NCBI RefSeq assembly: GCF_900187275.1
Contig: NZ_LT906458.1
Span: 2,220,001-2,252,000, forward strand
Length of the DNA: 32,000 nucleotides
Direction: 5' to 3'
Source: Pasteurella multocida
GTDB lineage: Bacteria; Pseudomonadota; Gammaproteobacteria; Enterobacterales; Pasteurellaceae
A program made the translations under genes and the position numbers. Positions 29,469 to 32,000 of the stretch are shown piece after piece (positions within the stretch are counted from its first letter, which is position 1; every line of letters starts with the position of its first letter). Under the pieces are notes generated by a model. The model had not been told where the DNA came from and searched no databases. It was given only the letters and a program-made list of their open reading frames with translations.

Positions 29469-30845
29469 ATGTTTGAGAATTTGTCGGATCGCTTGTCAAA
29501 AACGCTACGTAACATTAGTGGACGTGGACGTTTAACTGATGACAATATTAAGGAAACGCTACGTGAAGTCCGCATGGCATTATTAGAAGCGGATGTGGCG
29601 TTACCAGTGGTACGTGACTTTATTAATAAAGTGAAAGAACGCGCAATTGGGGTGGAAGTCAATAAAAGCCTCACACCAGGTCAAGAATTCGTTAAGATCG
29701 TGCAAGCGGAACTTGAAGCAGCAATGGGAGAGGCGAATGAAAGTTTACATCTTTCGACCCAACCACCTGCAGTGATTTTAATGGCGGGTTTACAAGGGGC
29801 GGGTAAAACCACCAGTGTGGGGAAACTGGCAAAATTTTTAAAAGAGCGGCATAAGAAAAAAGTGTTAGTGGTGTCTGCTGACGTATATCGCCCTGCTGCG
29901 ATCAAGCAATTAGAAACGCTTGCACAAGCCGTCGGTGCCGATTTCTTTCCTTCCGATGTCTCACAAAACCCAGTGCAAATTGCCCAAGCGGCATTAAGTG
30001 AAGCAAAATTAAAATTCTACGATGTGTTAATTGTGGATACCGCAGGTCGCCTACACGTCGACGGCGAAATGATGGACGAAATTAAGCAAATTCATGCCGC
30101 ACTTAACCCAATTGAAACACTCTTTACTGTGGATGCGATGACGGGGCAAGATGCTGCAAATACGGCAAAAGCCTTTAATGAAGCGTTGCCTTTAACAGGG
30201 GTGGTATTAACGAAAGTAGATGGTGACGCGCGTGGAGGTGCTGCCTTATCAATTCGTCAGATTACTGGTAAACCGATTAAATTCTTAGGGGTAGGCGAAA
30301 AAACCGATGCACTAGAACCCTTCCATCCAGAACGTGTGGCATCACGTATCTTAGGCATGGGTGATGTGCTGTCGTTAATTGAAGATCTTGAACGTTCTGT
30401 GGATCGTGAAAAAGCGGAGAAAATGGCGCAGAAGTTCAAAAAAGGTGATAATTTTACCCTTGAGGATTTCCGTGAGCAGCTTATCCAAATGAAAAACATG
30501 GGTGGGATGATGTCGATGTTAGATAAATTGCCTGGTGCCAAAAATCTACCGGATCACATCAAGAATAAAGTAGATGACAAAATGTTCAGTAAAATGGAAG
30601 CCATGATTAATTCCATGACGTTGAAAGAGCGTGCAAATCCAGAAATTATCAAAGGTTCTCGCCGTCGTCGTATTGCAATGGGTTCAGGTACGCAAGTGCA
30701 AGATGTGAATAAATTACTCAAACAGTTCGATGAAATGCAACGTATGATGAAAAAAATGCGCAAAGGTGGCATGGCAAAAATGATGCGCGGCATGCAAGGC
30801 ATGATGGGCGGACTCGGCGGTTTAGGCGGGATGTTTAGACGCTAA
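29469..30845 (+). CDS. ffh: signal recognition particle protein
   Basis: 458 aa. MFENLSDRLSKTLRNISGRGRLTDDNIKETLREVRMALLEADV, the GTPase motifs GLQGAGKTT / DTAGR / TKVDGD, and a Met-rich M domain. Confidence 0.97.
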   Translation: MFENLSDRLSKTLRNISGRGRLTDDNIKETLREVRMALLEADVALPVVRDFINKVKERAIGVEVNKSLTPGQEFVKIVQAELEAAMGEANESLHLSTQPPAVILMAGLQGAGKTTSVGKLAKFLKERHKKKVLVVSADVYRPAAIKQLETLAQAVGADFFPSDVSQNPVQIAQAALSEAKLKFYDVLIVDTAGRLHVDGEMMDEIKQIHAALNPIETLFTVDAMTGQDAANTAKAFNEALPLTGVVLTKVDGDARGGAALSIRQITGKPIKFLGVGEKTDALEPFHPERVASRILGMGDVLSLIEDLERSVDREKAEKMAQKFKKGDNFTLEDFREQLIQMKNMGGMMSMLDKLPGAKNLPDHIKNKVDDKMFSKMEAMINSMTLKERANPEIIKGSRRRRIAMGSGTQVQDVNKLLKQFDEMQRMMKKMRKGGMAKMMRGMQGMMGGLGGLGGMFRR

Positions 30846-30860
30846 TGTAAAAGTATAGAA

Positions 30861-30889
30861 AAAGGGAAAATGTGTATTTTCCCTTTTTA
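30861..30889 (+). terminator. ffh rho-independent terminator
   Basis: AAAGGGAAAAT-GTGT-ATTTTCCCTTT followed by TT. Confidence 0.8.
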
Positions 30890-30930
30890 TCAGAAACCCG
30901 CGGTTTCATGGGCGGGCATGAGAGGAATAC

Positions 30931-30971
30931 TAAAGTGCGGTCAAAATTTAGATTTTTTTGACCGCACTTAT
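30931..30971. terminator. inverted USS pair hairpin between ffh and plsB
   Basis: AAGTGCGGTCAAAA (from 30933) pairs with TTTTGACCGCACTT (to 30969) in a 14-bp stem. A T run (ATTTTTTAT) follows on the + strand only, so it is better suited as a second + strand terminator than as the plsB terminator. Confidence 0.55.
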
Positions 30972-30995
30972 TTTTTATCAGATAGGTATCACAGA

Positions 30996-32000
30996 TTATT
31001 CTTCTTCAATTTTGGCAATCGCCCCTTTAATCGTTAAGCAAACTTCAGTGGAGATCACTTGATTTAAGATCTCTGTGATTTCATTGAGTTTTTCTGTATT
31101 GGCAATACCTTCTTCATTGAAATAGCCTTCTTGTTTTAAGCTCGCGATAAAGGCAGAAAATACGGCTTTATCAAAAAACTCCGGCGCGTTGATGCCATGT
31201 AACACAGATAGACGTTGTGCCACAGATTGACTGTCTTTTTCTAGGCTTGCACGTGGTGTGGCAGGATCTTTTTCTAAAATACTGACGGTGATGTAATAGC
31301 GCTGTAAAATCTCTCTGACACCGGATGACCAGAGTTGTAACATGCGAACACGCGGTTTATTAATTGATAACATATTCGCGTTACATTTAATCACTTCTTG
31401 ACGTTCAAATTCAGTAATAATGTGATTCACTCGATCTTGTAATTCTTCATAAGAGAAAGACAGGAAAAGTTCACTTTTTAAGAACGGATAAATCTTACTT
31501 ACCGCTTCGAGTACCAGTGGTTTTTGAATGGCTTCATAATGCAGCACAATACTGGCGACCAATGACGGTAGTACAAACAGATGCTGAATGTTATTTCGAT
31601 AATAGGTCATTAACACCGCAGAATTTCGTTCTAAGCGAACAATTTCACCAAAGTTATCTTTTTCAACAATAATGCCTACTCGTTCTAATTGCAGAATATG
31701 TTCTAACATTTTTTCTGGTGATTCTGTTGGCACCACAATATCTTGTGAATAAGGCACATTTTGTAAGAATTGTTGATAACTTTCTAACTGTTCAAGCAAT
31801 TGCTCACGCGAAAGAGCACGTTGACGTGAAGAAAGTAACGCAGTACCTGTCAAGTTCATCGCATTGACAGCAGCCGCTTTATTAATATTCACCATTACTT
31901 GATGAGATATGCTATCAACGGCTTGATTAAACCACTTCGCACGCTCCTCTGCTTGGGTATTTTCTTTCCACTCGGGATAGTGTTGATTGAGGTAGTTACT
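30996..32000 (-). CDS. plsB: glycerol-3-phosphate acyltransferase, C-terminal ~335 codons; the 5' part lies beyond the window end
   Basis: The track ORF (from Met at 31895) contains ...[23 protein letters not shown]..., which is typical of PlsB. Manual translation shows the frame stays open from 31896 to 32000 (...[50 protein letters not shown]). Confidence 0.85.
   Translation of the reverse strand, partial: SNYLNQHYPEWKENTQAEERAKWFNQAVDSISHQVMVNINKAAAVNAMNLTGTALLSSRQRALSREQLLEQLESYQQFLQNVPYSQDIVVPTESPEKMLEHILQLERVGIIVEKDNFGEIVRLERNSAVLMTYYRNNIQHLFVLPSLVASIVLHYEAIQKPLVLEAVSKIYPFLKSELFLSFSYEELQDRVNHIITEFERQEVIKCNANMLSINKPRVRMLQLWSSGVREILQRYYITVSILEKDPATPRASLEKDSQSVAQRLSVLHGINAPEFFDKAVFSAFIASLKQEGYFNEEGIANTEKLNEITEILNQVISTEVCLTIKGAIAKIEEE

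Noticed and set aside
29432-30802. Minus-strand ORFs 29432-29674, 29681-29905, 30257-30541 and 30554-30802.
   Set aside because: They are antisense shadows inside the well-supported ffh gene.

Overview
This is a chromosomal segment of a Pasteurellaceae genome. It carries 19 exact copies of the Haemophilus-type uptake signal sequence (USS) core AAGTGCGGT, and G+C is about 40% by eye. Most genes are housekeeping and almost all are on the minus strand. In coordinate order they are: leuS (3' end off-window), a transglutaminase-like/merT-like/merP-like trio, apaH-rsmA-surA, pyrR, a complete hisL-hisGDCBHAFI histidine operon, a SAM methyltransferase, ushA, an Mtr-like tryptophan permease, ppa, an M48 lipoprotein peptidase, exbB-exbD-tonB, yfjD(corB)/ypjD, ffh, and plsB (5' end off-window). 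The outstanding feature is that the his operon is not contiguous. Five extra co-oriented ORFs sit in four intercistronic junctions: hisG | HhH protein + Vat-type acetyltransferase | hisD | RhuM-Fic/Doc protein | hisC; hisB | 351-368 aa AT-rich orphan | hisH; hisF | 125 aa AT-rich orphan | hisI. I cannot place either AT-rich orphan in a family. Each is bracketed by an 8-bp direct repeat, and the larger one overlaps hisH in an ATGA stop/start. The Fic/Doc gene has its own sigma70-like promoter overlapped by a near-consensus LexA (SOS) box. I saw no rRNA, tRNA, CRISPR array, transposase or integrase. All calls rest on reading the sequence and the ORF track by eye; no database search was possible.
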